This document shows, one piece after another, positions 50,573 through 63,465 of a stretch of DNA of 64,000 bases. Every line of letters begins with the position of its first letter. Within the stretch, counting starts at the first letter, position 1. The notes beneath the pieces were generated by a model. That model saw only the letters and a program-made list of their open reading frames with translations. It was not told where the DNA came from and ran no database searches. The DNA lies in assembly GCA_964187785.1 (NCBI GenBank), contig OZ076414.1, positions 68,882,001-68,946,000 of the forward strand, given 5' to 3'. Origin of the DNA: Amphiscolops sp. MND2022 (Eukaryota). The translations under genes and the position numbers were made by a program.

Positions 50573-53081
50573 TTTCTTAAACAACATAAACATCAGTGCT
50601 ATCAAGATCCTATCCAAACATTGTGCAGAAAACTTTTGCCAAACTAATGATGCTCTCAGATTGATATATAGAATAAAGATTTTGATTTGCTTGACGGTGC
50701 ATTTTTGAGTGCTCGTTATTTAGCCCCAGGGCTTGCTCCAGTAACAGCAGTCAGAGGATGATGCAGGCTCGATATATTGCAAGAAGCAAGACCTCAAGGT
50801 TGCCCAATCAGCGAAAGATGACAGTGCCACTGGACCCTTGCAACATCACCAGTTTGAGATCCCAGTGGATTGCAAAGATGATGTGGAGATGTTTTCAATG
50901 CCAGCTTCGCCACATGACAGGGACGTCATGCATAAGGTCCGGGGAGTATGTAATGTCACCCTCTGAGACAGCAAAATTAGTCGATATTGGAATTTTGGAT
51001 TTGAACACGTTCAGAAAATTTCTGAAAAAGTCTAATTCGAGATTAGACGTGGCACTGAGCATGTGATTGCTCTTTTCGCTGTTTCAACGAAATTGGCAGG
51101 TACTTCGACAACAAGAGCGAAGATCTAGAAAAAACATAAGACCAGCCGTCCGAACAGACGCCAGAGACTGCAAAAATCTCTGAAATTAGACTCTTTTGAA
51201 GGTGCTAACCTTGATTTCAGCAGTATGCTACCTTACGTAGTGAAAACCGTAAAAATGAGTCTTTTCGTCTAATTCACAAAGCTGTGCCTGTGGTGCCCCA
51301 GCTTGCGAGCTGAATGTGGATGTTGCCAAATCGCTGTTGTGGACGAGATTGCTGTACATTGTTGTAAGTTTATGGCTGCTTTGACAATTTTAGATATTAT
51401 TTCGTAATTTTAGATATTATTCCCAAAGTCACCCTGAATAACGAAAATTTAACATAATTTCCTTTCGGAACGTTTTTAAAGGCTGTCTAAGTGATGGTTT
51501 CGAGGAAAAAGCGTAATTCGCGCTACTGACAGCAGTTAAAGACTGGATCAGGCCGGCGAGCACTTCACAAGAAGCGGAATCCTCCTCTGACGGGACAGTT
51601 TTTACCCGAAAGAGGCAAAATGAGCTCATGGTCATGGGCGCCTGTCCCGGGCAAATACCCATATCATGTGTTCCTCTGACTCTTATGGTTACGGCGACAA
51701 TGGTGAGAGCTTGTCGTTACATTTTGTGAAATTTAATTGCCATAAAGCGTTGTAGCGGATGTTGTTGAACATGGAACATCAAAAATATACCTTTTGATTT
51801 AGGCTTCTTGTAGAATTATTGCTTTTTATTGGGAAAGTACAAATTTCTATTCTATTCTGATTCTGATTGGTAATAAAAAGCACTTTTTTGCGTTTGAAGT
51901 TCGATTTTTGTTGAAATCAGTAAAAATGAAGGTTAGTGAAATGTTAAGTTTCTGCTTCCCAGACATGAAAATTGAACGAAAAATATAAACGCAACTTACG
52001 AGATAGATTACGTTTTTCGATATTACGTCAGCTGAAACTATGTATTCCAATTTGAGACATCTTAGATTGTATCAACGACAGTAAAAACGCAAAAAACTAA
52101 AAAAAACAGGCTCGATTCCATGAAATATACTGCTAATTAATCGTATAACTGATACTTCATTTGTATTTTATGCCATTAAAATGCTCAATTTTTCTGTATA
52201 AACAAGTAGCTTGTAATACTGCTGTTGAAATAAATGAACACTGCTGATCTCAGGTATTGGGTTTCCTTTCAAACTTCCTCGAATTGGGGCCAAAGAGCAG
52301 AAGTACCCTGACGAAGATTGGCAGCATATTTACTTGGGGATGGCATTCGAAGAAGAATCGCCGACTCCTGAGGAGATATATTAATTCTACTGACTCTCTA
52401 GAAAAAATTTTACTGCTCAAACAAAGAATTAGAATATAGCTGAATAAACTGTGAGTGAAATTCGACTGGAAAATGGCTCTGCAAACGTGCGTTTTGATAG
52501 TTTGCTCAAGTTATTCAATCATTGTATCTTCAATTTTTCATTTTAAAAAAGTTTATAGTTGAATAAGTTTTCGTTATCCTAAAAATTAAAAGTCCTAGCT
52601 ATCGCCGGGGATGTTTCCATTCATATCGTCCACCAGCTACTACAATCATATAACTTCACTTCAATTCATATGCCACTTAGCCTGAAGGTTAACACGAGTT
52701 ACTACCTAGGGTGAGTAAGTTAATCTGCGTGTATGTGGGTTCGGATACCGAAGTATACGAAAAAAAATTCGCTCGCGAAAGTTTAGGAAAGATCCAAGCA
52801 ACCTTTTTGGGATATTTCTGGCACTGCGCGAATTAGCGAAGACCTTTTTCTCGAAAAAAAAAAACTTTAGAGGAAGGAAAGCAATGAACTGCTTTTTTAG
52901 AGAAAAAAAAATATTTTTTTTGGGTTTTGAGGGATTTTGTTCCAAATCTTGATGTTTATCCATATCGTTATTTTTTGGTCCCATGGGATTGATGAGAGTT
53001 TTTCATTGGTTGTGGGCCTACTTTTTTAGCAGTAAGCCAGTTTGCGCAAAACCAATTTTTACAAGAGGTTCGGTGCCTTGG

Positions 53082-53570
53082 TTTTTAGTCGGCGCTTTTC
53101 TAAAGATAAGAGTCGACTATAGTCATGGCTCTTTGTCAGTGTTTTTTTTTCGATACACCTGAACTGACCAGAATAGTTCTACCAAAAGTTCTACAAAATT
53201 TTAAGAAGACGCCAAATTGTACCTTTTGACCCAGGGAGCTGGACAATAAGCGTTGTTCCTTTTTTAGCATAACATACAAAACTGGACGAGACTAAAGGGT
53301 CCCCCTTTCATTTTTTTTCAGCATTGTGAGTTTTTTCAATTTTTCACTAAAGTGTTCCCTTCAATTTTTTTGATGATTTGCGACAGAATGGATGAAAAGT
53401 CTCAAAGGGGCGCCAATTCGGTCCAACTTTTGGGTTTTGGGTTTTTGGGTACTATGAAAGAGTGGTAGAGGTACTATGATAGAGGTACTATGAAACTTTA
53501 ACACTTTGAAGTCTTTTTGCTACTTTTGAGCCTTAGAAATGGCGCCGACTTGGGCCGTTCCCGGCTTTTT
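53082..53570 (+). mobile_element. Helentron-associated element (HINE/DINE-1-like)
   Basis: T-run plus subTIR AGTCGGCGC; 3' subTIR GCGCCGACT followed by hairpin GCCG-TTCC-CGGC and a T-run. Confidence 0.75.
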
Positions 53571-53942
53571 AAATGCAAGTTTAGAGAATTAGTTTTTAAT
53601 AGATTAACTTTACCTGGACCAGTGTGCTCAAATGGCACAGCAAGAAAAATAACTATAACGTCGCTGTTTCATGTATTGGATTGGTAGTGTTACATAGCTT
53701 CAATATGATTGGTTACCATATGAAAACATCGTCCTTTTGTCATTTTATCAACCTTATACTCGTTTAAACAGTGAGTTTGAATTCTTGAAGCCCTGGACGT
53801 TTTTTTGACAAATTTGAGTATGGTTGTTGCATCGTAATTCCTTCAAATTTTTACAAAAAGTAGATTATTAGACGCTCTAATCAAGTATCTAGTTAAATTT
53901 AAGATAGCAATAGTTCCCCGAAATTTATTCACCTTATTATCA

Positions 53943-54089
53943 AAAGTGCCGAATTTGGGACATTGGTCGAATCCGATAAAATATAACCTATTTTTTTGTT
54001 CCAAAATTAGCATTATATTGCTAATTTTGGAACACAAAAATAGGTTAGTTTTCACCGGATTCGACCAATGTCCCATATTCGGCAATTTC
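53943..54089. repeat. ~145-bp foldback palindrome
   Basis: ~70-bp arms around a TTATAT centre; both strands translate to near-identical peptides. Confidence 0.9.
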
Positions 54090-54097
54090 GTGAAACT

Positions 54098-54290
54098 CTA
54101 TAACGCACAGTCATCAGAGCTCTCATCAGTATTGGGTGCGGCGGCAATTGCACTTTCGGTAGTCCAACCAGACTTGGTAGAGATTTCAGAGTCTTCCAAA
54201 TGATTGGTTTTGAACTCGAGACCGGAATATCCTATCTCGATGGTATTTTCGTCTACTCGGTCGTTTGGTTTCATATTTATTGCAAACTTT
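54098..54290 (-). other. Possible terminal coding exon of an unidentified host gene
   Basis: ORF ends ...EDSEISTKSGWTTESAIAAAPNTDESSDDCAL*; protein-like, no homology recognised. Confidence 0.3.
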
Positions 54291-56151
54291 GAATATTTTT
54301 CCTTGAGATGGCCTTTCGGAACCAACATGTTATTTTTACCAGGATAATAATTTACCCAGTGTATTTTGTCAGCTCAAAATATTGTAACAGTATTGCGAAC
54401 ATTAAAGGCCATTTATTGCCCCAGAAAAGAGTTGAGTCGTTGAGGCGGAATTTAAGGCGTAATGCTGTTTATTATGACTTAGTGTCATATATCTTGAAAA
54501 AAGTGAAAAAATGAGCGATTCTTTGGCAGTTAAGGTAGAAGAGTCAAACTGTGAGGTAATTTTGTCACTGTACAATTATTTTTGAGGAAGTTGAAAATTC
54601 GGGATTTTGAGCTTTACCATTTTTAGAACTTTTCTAACGTGACGGTGTATGAAAAAATGGCAAGGACACTGTGCCTCTTGGAAAACTTTGCTCAGCAGGA
54701 ATTCATTCTAAGAAACCTTAAAAGTATTAGCTGAGATTCAGGCCCCTAACAATTCAAAACAAACTTTACCGTCTTTTCCTCACCAAAAGCGTCTTCGATC
54801 CGGTTAGACCCTCTACCCGGTTTGTCGTAGCTACGATTACAACTACATTTTAGCTGTGGTCGTTTCACGATTGGTACAACAGTTGGCGTGGAGTCGTATT
54901 AGATCGTACTACAGAAACGCATGATGGTCTGACACGTCTTACCACGAAACGCACAATAGAACTGGTATACAGTGTCCGCAACGCACGCCCGCAGCTCCAG
55001 AAATTACCTTCATGTTTTTGCCTAAATCATAGCACAAGCTTGCAATGTATCAGCGTAGACTCATCAACTAGAAAGTGGTTTTCACGCAGAGAAGGCAAAG
55101 CCACTGGTTGATGCTATACGAAGAATTTGTCTACTAGTCTGAATAATTGTCTATTAAAGTGTCAAACTCTTCACTACCAATTATCGTACCAAAACTTCGG
55201 ATGAATTCATCTATTTTAGACACTTTCAATTTACTGAAAAAAAATCATAATCATAAAATATTGTGCTCCAAGTCACAAAAACGCTATTGCAAAAAAAAGG
55301 AATGTGACAAATCAGTGAAATGATTAAATTACGTCATATGGTTACCAGGCGTTTATTGTTTTTTCAAAAGGAATCTTAGAAGACATGTGTTTCCTTGTAC
55401 GACATACTGCATGGTTGGTACGATCGTACAACGATCTTAATACGATATGCGTGAACGTGCTTTGAGAGTCAAAATGGGCAAACATGGGAAGAAAGTATCA
55501 ACTCCTAATACAAGTTCGAACCAGTTTAACACTTAGCTCAAACAGCTGACTTACTTGGTCGAAAAGCCGTGACTAATCAGTGTTAATCAATATCACAATC
55601 TCATGCCAATGCAAACGATGTCACAGCCCGCTCTCGGTCTGGGATGCTGCTGTAAACGCATGCATTAGGACCGGGAGAGGACACGGCTGCAACTTGCGGT
55701 TCCCCAGGTGGTACTTAAATTGTTAACTTCAAACATTAGTACTCACTTTCGAAATAGACTGTGACTAAAAAAAGTACGTCTATTTTTGCGCCGATCGCAA
55801 ATGAAAATGAAAACAGGAAACTAAATACGTTAAAATGATTTCACACATTTCCGGCCAGACGCTTTTGTCACGTCAAAATAGAAACATTCCGACACCTGAA
55901 AATTGAACCAAAACTACGTCTACGGATCGAGATCATAATCCAATCTAAATAGTTATGAAACTTATCAGTTATCCTCGAAAAAGGCACATAACCAGATCTA
56001 AACCAGGAAAACACTCGGAAAGAGAGCTTCAAAGCGTTTACGCTTCGTCAAAATGAGGCAAACTAATTGCGTTCGAACAGCAATTAGTGTGATTTGGAGC
56101 GACGATATAGCGCTAAGTAAACAAAGGCGGCGGTGAGAACAAACTTATATT

Positions 56152-56311
56152 TGACGTCACAAGGCCGCAGATAGGTTTTGGAAATATTTAATGTGACGTC
56201 ACAACTCCGTCCATGCATACCAAAAAATCTTTCCGATAATCCGCCTGTACTACGTCACTGAACTTACGGTAATATTAGAAATCATTCCAATTATCCGCCA
56301 GTGTGACGTCA
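56152..56311. promoter_or_regulatory. Cluster of CRE/ATF palindromes (TGACGTCA)
   Basis: Perfect sites at 56152, 56194 and 56304; TACGTCA half-sites at 56251 and 56481. Confidence 0.5.
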
Positions 56312-57288
56312 CGGCCTTGGCAACTAGCTAGAAGTTCGTTCTAAATATTCGTCAGCATAGCATCCAACTAGTCAAGATCTTATTTCTGCCAAGAAAACTC
56401 GTCAACATGAGGTTGACAAGTTTATGAAATTAGATAAAAAAAGTAAATCTGCCAAACTAGCTGGGAAAACTTCTCAACACTACGTCACAAAATAGCTGCT
56501 CTAATCCACCTAAAAGCATGGAATGAATACTTAGCCGATGAATCTGGTTCAAGGAATATGTATAAAGTATGTTTAATCTAACTAGGGAAATTAGGAAATT
56601 TCGTCAACCTTCCGTCTGACAAGTTGTTATTAACCTAAACGCGCTCTAGAAAATAATTTGAAGGAAATTCTGCCTAATATATGAGTGAAAGTCACAGTTT
56701 ATTATTGAAGTTGAAGCAAGCTAAATGTATTTCATACTGGAAACATATTTTTATATGCTTGTACTTTTAGGCTCAGTTTTTAAATTTATGCATCATAACC
56801 TTAACTTTGGCTATATTTGCGCAAACATGTCGTTACTTAACTCGTAAGTTTAGTGTGAATCAGCACCAAAAAGTGCGGTTGATTGAATATGATGCTCTCG
56901 AATTTGTAGCCTTGTCGCAATTGTCGTGACAGACCAAAACTACTACTAATGTGTTGATTTATATGTTGATGTTTGTGAATGTTATTCTGTTGCTAATCCA
57001 ATATCCTTTTTGCAGTCTGTTCAAAATATCTTCCTAGCATCGCTCAAAAAACCATGACTCAAAAACTAGTCATAGCGTTTGTTCAAATTTAAATTCAAAA
57101 TCAGCTATTAGTTGTTCACGTCAGCGTCATCTCTGCGTCACTTTTTCCTACAAACCAACGCAGTAAAACAGGGAATCAATTCCGGTTTGACAGATTGAAG
57201 TAATATCTACTTCCTGCTTGTGAGGAAACAAAAGGACGCTGGAATGAAATGATATGATCATGGTTGATGACTAATAATAGATATATAT

Positions 57289-57944
57289 TGTCGTGTCCTA
57301 AAATTTTCATCGGAAATACAGGAAATGACTAATTGTTCAAGAAAAATTAAGGAATTACTCGTGATCAAATGATGCTAGTAGGGTATAAATATGATGCTCT
57401 TGAATGATTAAGGGACTCAGTCCTTTTTCACTTGTGAAAATCAGCTGTATTTGCAATTCTTCTGCTACTGAACTTAATTCTCAACTTTACTAGAAAAACG
57501 TCAATAATCAATTGAAAATTGAAATTGAATCTCTACTAATAAAAATGTCTACAACGAGAAGTCAGAAAAGACGAAATAACCATCAGGAAAGCACCGACAA
57601 TGTCAGTTTGTATTCAGTTTCACCAATTGTAACTGGTAGCGATCGTTCTTTAGGTCACGACGTGAGTTCTCCTGGACCTTCGGGAGCGAAATCTCCCACG
57701 ATTGAAAATAGCGCTTTGGAGAAGCTGAGAAATTTTAAAAGACGGGATAACATCTGAGCTCAGAAGTCTCTTGGCAGATCCTCAGAGGAGGAGATATTGA
57801 AGTTACTAAAGGCTAAAACTGGAACAAATGTCAGAGAAGAACTAGAAGACGATACTGAAAATGAAACTAGGAGCTTCTACACTCCTACAAAAGCCTTTAG
57901 AATAAATTCCACTCAAAATAACGACCCATGTACTAGTCGTTACA
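57289..57944 (+). repeat. Probable solo LTR with an internal gag-like ORF start
   Basis: TGTCGTG start, TATAAAT at ~57384, ORF MSTTRSQKRR... running to a GTCGTTACA end; no TSD found. Confidence 0.4.
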
Positions 57945-58960
57945 AACGATATGAAAATGATTTGGAACAAAGGTATATTACGATAAAACAAACCAACTTC
58001 TGCCTTTTTCCAGTTCGTTGTTCGAACAATCACTTGGGCATTGACTTTTTCAGTGCTAATGAGTTTCGTTCACCAAATTCGAAACTATTACAAAATCAAG
58101 CAACGTGAGATAATGTTCTGTGTTCCAACTACAGTATATTCAGCGTTTATGTACGTCCTTTGATGTGGGTTGTTGTTTCATTTTCGGTTTTTGGAGGACG
58201 AAGTATCGGCCTTCGTTGTTAAAACTCCCACCTCAAAGGTATCATTTTTGAATGTCGACGATGATTTCCTTTTTCGTGATGCTTCCATTTCCTTTTGTTT
58301 TCTTAGTCTGAACTAATAACAAACTAGTTTTCTCCCAAGTTTCCGAACTTCAAAAAACATGCGAAGAAAACTGGGTTTCCCGACCACACCGATCATAATC
58401 TGACCATATTATGGAACCATACAAATCATACAAATTTCCTTACTATGATCTTGCCATGATCAGCCTGGAATCATATATGATCCAGAGTATGATCGGCCTG
58501 GAACTAAATAAGGTCCAGAGTAAGATCAGCCTGGAATCATAAATTTCTGTTCCAAACGCGGATTGACGTGACATGCAACCGAAACAAAAATGTTCAAATA
58601 TTGAGAACAGCCAGCTTTATAGGCTGAGGGCAATGGAGCCACATTCGACCTTTTCTATCTGCGAACGATACATTTCAGAACAGAACTCTTAGCGAAGTTA
58701 AAAACAAGCTCTACTCACTCAAATTGTTCTCAGCTACTCCTTAGTTAATAACTAACTCTTTTGTTAGAGCAGTACCCACTTTGTAGTCGTATTTTCAATT
58801 ATTTCGAGAAAAATTACCAATAATTCAACAAAAGATGCCAAAAATTGATGATTGCTACCTTATTTTCAATTTGGCGATTGTATTGGACCTTTGGTTGAGG
58901 GATATCTTCTATTTTCATCAGTGTATGCGTTAATTGACTATATTATCCTAATTTTCTTTT

Positions 58961-59182
58961 CATGGCTCCAGGCTCACCATTCTATGGGCCATAAAGGTTT
59001 ATGGTTCCAGGCTGACCATAGACTGAACCAAATATGGCCCAAAATATGGTCAGGCTGGAACCATAAACTTTGCTTTTTATGGAACATGGCGTATCATAGA
59101 CTGGACCATATATGGTCCAGAGTATGGTCAGTCAGTAACCATAAACCTTTATGGTCCAGAGTATGATCAGCCTGGAATCATG
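58961..59182. repeat. Foldback element built of CCAGAGTATGATCAGCCTGGAATCAT-type units
   Basis: ~75-bp inverted arms; related units at 58450-58530. Confidence 0.75.
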
Positions 59183-59193
59183 CTGTATGATAT

Positions 59194-60004
59194 CACGAAT
59201 CTTGGTAGCCTTGCCAAGATCTTGGAAAAACATGGAAACGCATGGTAGGCTTACCAAGACGCATGGAAAAACATGATGCATGCTACGCTTGGTAAGATCT
59301 TGGCAAGATCTTGACAAGCGTTCCATGTGGAAATGCTTGCCAAGATCATGGCAAGATCATGGCAAGATCTTGACAAGATAACCATGGTAAGACATGTAAG
59401 CTGGTATTAATTGTGCATAATTTATTCTTTTCGCAAAAATTCTTTGTCGTCTGCAATTTTTGAATTAGCCATTGTAATAACTTTGGACATAATATTTATT
59501 GATTGAAAATAGTTTTTAATTGAAAATTATCCAAAATTTGCTCAATAATTTGCTGCACTTATTGACCGAGTTTTGTTACTTGAGAGCACGGCATTGTTAC
59601 TACTAACATGACTTATCATACCAAGCAAACTCCGAATCAAGTTATTGCAACTTGCGGGTTTGCGATATCGGTGTGAAAACCAACTTTTCTAGCTATTATT
59701 TGTTTAAAATTAGCTATTACCTGATCTATTGAGATAACGGGTTCTAATTACTGAAAAATGCATGAAAAAATCCTGGTTGGTTTGGCAAGATGGATAGAAA
59801 AATCTTGGTATGCTTGGCAAGACACATGGAAAAGCTTGGTAAGATACATGGAAAATCTTGGTACGCTTGGTAAGACGCATGGTCAGCCTTGCCATGATCT
59901 TGCATGATCATGGTAGCCTTGGTAAGATCTTGGCAAGATCTTGCCAAGATCTTGGCAAGCATACCCATGCATCTTGGCAAGCGTGCCAAGATTCGTGTCT
60001 CTGG
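59194..60004. mobile_element. MITE with CACGAATCTTGG inverted ends and CAAGATCTTGG arrays
   Basis: CACGAATCTTGG at 59194 and CCAAGATTCGTG at ~59986; repeat arrays at both ends. Confidence 0.6.
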
Positions 60005-61152
60005 GATGGAAGAGTATGATTGACCTGTTTTTGTATCGGAGGGAAACCCGGGACTATGATCACTTCAGAATGATTTGTGAATGTCAAAAAGTCAATAGAT
60101 AATATTTGTTATTTATCCAACAAAATGATGAACTTTTGTAACCTGCAAAGTTCAATTTTCTGAGGGTAAAAAGTGACCTTGCTCATATTACTTTTGATGC
60201 TTTTACGAATCGGTTGTTCCCAAAATGGTCAAACAGATGGTTGCATTGATTACAATACAGCTTCTTGTTTCGGGTTTGAATGGAAGACCGCAATCAAGTA
60301 CCCGAGAGACGAGTTACCCTTTGACTTCTCGACATCCCAGGTGAAAAAAAAACATTAAGACGTAGTCTACTCAAAATTTGATAACCACCAAAACCAAGGT
60401 TGTTACGTAATTTTATTTAAACACGAGCAAGGCAAATTTAACTGTTTATTGGGAAGTAAATACGACTTAAACTGTCGTAACTTTGTCCCAAGAAAATGCT
60501 GTAATCAGAGAAGATGTTTTGAGTTTTAGCTTGAGCCACAAAAATTCCACTGCGCTTCTAGGTCAATGAACTCTTTCCTGAGTAGGTTACTTCTAATTAT
60601 GAGGTTTTGTTGACATTCAAGAGATGCATGCAAAACATCTGTCTGAATTGAAGCATCAGAACTATTGAAAGTTCCATGGTCAAAAAAAAATTGGCAAAAC
60701 TATGAAATTAATTTATTTCAACCTTTTTATATCTTGTCTGTTCAAACAATCTAAGTCGAGATATTTTCACGAAATTTGAAAAAAAATCCCAAAAAACGGC
60801 AAAAAAATATTTTAGGCGGCATCGAATAATGTTAATATCACCTTGCCTACCGGTTTTTTGTTTAAATTCTCAAAAATACGCCAGCAATGCATGAAATTGA
60901 CTGAAATTGTTTTTTTTACCTAAGTACGCCCAGTGATAATCGACCTCTTAGTAACTCTACTAAATCATTAATTGTAAACTGACTTTGAAACAGCCTGATT
61001 CTTGTTTCACGAAGTGCTTTCTGGCCATGCTAGCTGTGGCTGTATCAACCAAAAAAGGGTGTGTGGTTGCGTTTTGTACTTGTCTCGATTAGAAGAAAAT
61101 GATTCGAAATGATTTATGGATTTATCTGGATAAATGTTTTTTCACCTTCCAG

Positions 61153-61375
61153 TGAACCGGACGTTGGCATCCAGCCATTCAAACGGGTATTTAGCGATTG
61201 CATCCCCTCATGCTTTAATGGGATCTGCGTTCATTGTCTTGGAAGAAGCAAGGTGCAATCATTTGGAAATGACCTTTTCTATCCGGACCATTTTTTATTT
61301 GATCCGGACAGACCAGAGAGTGGTGCGTTCAAAAAGAAAAGTTCTGGAATTGTGGGCCATTACCAAATTGATTGA
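61153..61375 (+). other. Exon-like Cys-motif coding segment (paralog of 42867-43115)
   Basis: CACCTTCCAG|TGAA; encodes QPFKRVFSDCIPSCFNGICVHC. Confidence 0.4.
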
Positions 61376-62369
61376 ACTTTTAGTCGGCAATTATAATAAT
61401 AAATTAATTTACTATCATACCCCAAATGCTTCTGCCACCTGATGCAAAAAATCCCGCGTTAGAGTTCTCAGGTGTCTGCATCTTTGCTCCCCGAGAGCAT
61501 TGAAGACTCCTGGGCTTGTAAAGTCGGGCATCGGGTGCGCAGAAGCCGTAAATTGAAACTATATCAGCAGGGGTACGAGAAGCGAGTTTTCAGGGAATTT
61601 CATTGGAACTTCATCTTTACTTCCGGTTTTTTCCAGCTGTCTTAATACACTGTAGAGTGTCTGTGCCTAAAATTGATAGCACATGAGCTCTCACTGTTTC
61701 ACACGCGCATTGAAACCCTCCAAAACGTTCTGGGCTTATTTTTTTCCTGATGTTCCGTTTTTTCTTCTTTTTTTTGTTTTTCCCCATGTCAACTTCTGAG
61801 GAATGACTTCAAATTTCACAATTATCAAGAGGCTCCCTTCAACCGGGCAACCGCCTTTTGGGAGTCTTTTCTGGCATCGATTTATTCTTCTGGTGTTTTT
61901 AATTTGATGATATTGATTGTAATGTTGCCAGATAAATTAATTTATTATAATTAGGGGAATAAAACGCATCTTGTGTAGTGGTTTTTTGTCGCAATAAAAA
62001 CGTGCCGAATGCCGAAATCAGTGCCGAATGCCGGCATCGGTCAAAGCGTCCTCCTGATCTTTTTATACCAATCTTTTTCAAATTTCATGTCATTTGTGGG
62101 TTTTTCTCGTAAACTGGCCATTTTGTTTTTTTTTATACTTATTAGTTAAATTTTCTGGGTACTATGAGACTTTCTTTCAGAAAATTTCAAATTCTACGAA
62201 GGAGACCCCATTTGTTTTTTTGATACATTTTCTTCGACAGACTGTTGAAATTGTCCAAAGTGTTCACTTTTTAAACACTTTTTTCATGCCGCCTGTTGGG
62301 TCCGCCATCAAAAAAATCGAATTGCCACTGCAATTCTTGTGTTTATATTTCACTCACGGACGCTATATG

Positions 62370-62746
62370 AACAAGCCGGGAACGGCCCAAGTCGGCGCCA
62401 TATCTAAGGCTCAAAAAGACTCGAAAACCACTTTTTCTACAACTGGAGACAACAAAAGCTCTCAAAAAACTAAAAATTAAAAAAAAATTCCGATTTTTTT
62501 TTGAATTTTTTTTCGAAGTTTCCGGTAAGTCGCATATTGCCGAAAAATGTAAAAGGTTGGACGCTTTTTATCTCATGTTAGACGCTTTGGATGCGTTGAA
62601 AATGAAGTACTAAGTACATATGGTAAAAGTTGGTAAATGTGCATTAATTGGATTAAGGCACAAAAAGTGGACGTACGCGTTGAACTGACGAAAAAAAACT
62701 AGCCACATTAAGAGTCGGGATTTTCTTCGAAAACGCCGACTAAAAA
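62370..62746 (-). mobile_element. HINE/DINE-1-like element
   Basis: AACAAGCCGGGAACGGCCCAAGTCGGCGCCA...ACGCCGACTAAAAA, the reverse complement of the termini at 53082-53570. Confidence 0.75.
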
Positions 62747-63465
62747 TATGCGAGAGCTGGATTTCAGATCATTAGAGGCCTATTATTTGAGACTTGCTTT
62801 TCCGTTTTGAACTAATTGAGTTTTTTAAGTGTCCTATTTTTCCACAAAAACTTTGGGACAGTATACCAGAAAATTTCGCAGTGCCACTGCGCCCCTTAAT
62901 TATTATAATTTCAATGACCGTACCAATTATCCACTCGATTCCATCAATGATACCCTAGTTGAAACTGCAGGAACTTTTTACATGCTGCAGACCTGCAAGC
63001 AGGACAATTATTTATAAAACACAGAAAATGCAAAGAACTTCGGGTGGTAAATCATGTAGAGTCACCCAACCTTTTCCACTACTGCAATTAAACTTGAGAA
63101 TAAACTCATTGTTCTTTACCGACACGACAACTTTCTATTCTCTCTTTTTTTCTCAACTACTCATCTGCTGATGTGATCACCGTTTCTCAAATTACACGCT
63201 AAACATGACGCTATTTTGCAGTTTATCACACGACTGAAGTTATTCTGCATCAAATTAGCGGTAAAACTGATAGCGACTTATTCGCGTTTAAAGTTATAGA
63301 TGCTGCTCAATGAAACCGGCAAAACTTCACGACTCAAAATTGCCGTCAAACTTTGATAAAACTTTCAAACATCTTGATGAAAAAAGGTGAATAAAACAGG
63401 AATAGATTTTTGCATGAAGGTTTCTGTATGAGATTTAGAAAACCATAACAAAAGTTGCTGGCAAC

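Larger units (their letters stand above)
43116..51721 (+). mobile_element. Non-autonomous LTR element C (8.6 kb)
   Basis: LTRs 43116-43889 and 50949-51721 (~96% by eye, TGTAAT...CGTTACA), PBS 43906, PPT 50934-50946, flanks TTT/TTT; no RT/IN motifs. Confidence 0.92.

Noticed and set aside
54770-55140. AAA-ATPase-like VVVIVATTNRV and a Cys-rich frame on the minus strand
   Set aside because: No Walker A/B nearby, and stops interrupt both candidate frames.
58379-60004. CRISPR-like appearance of short interspersed repeats
   Set aside because: Units are degenerate and palindromic without unique constant-length spacers; eukaryotic MITE context and no cas genes.
60173-60350. Signal-peptide-like exon (TLLILLLMLLRIGCSQ...) with a GT donor
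   Set aside because: No ATG in context and no recognisable family; could be chance.
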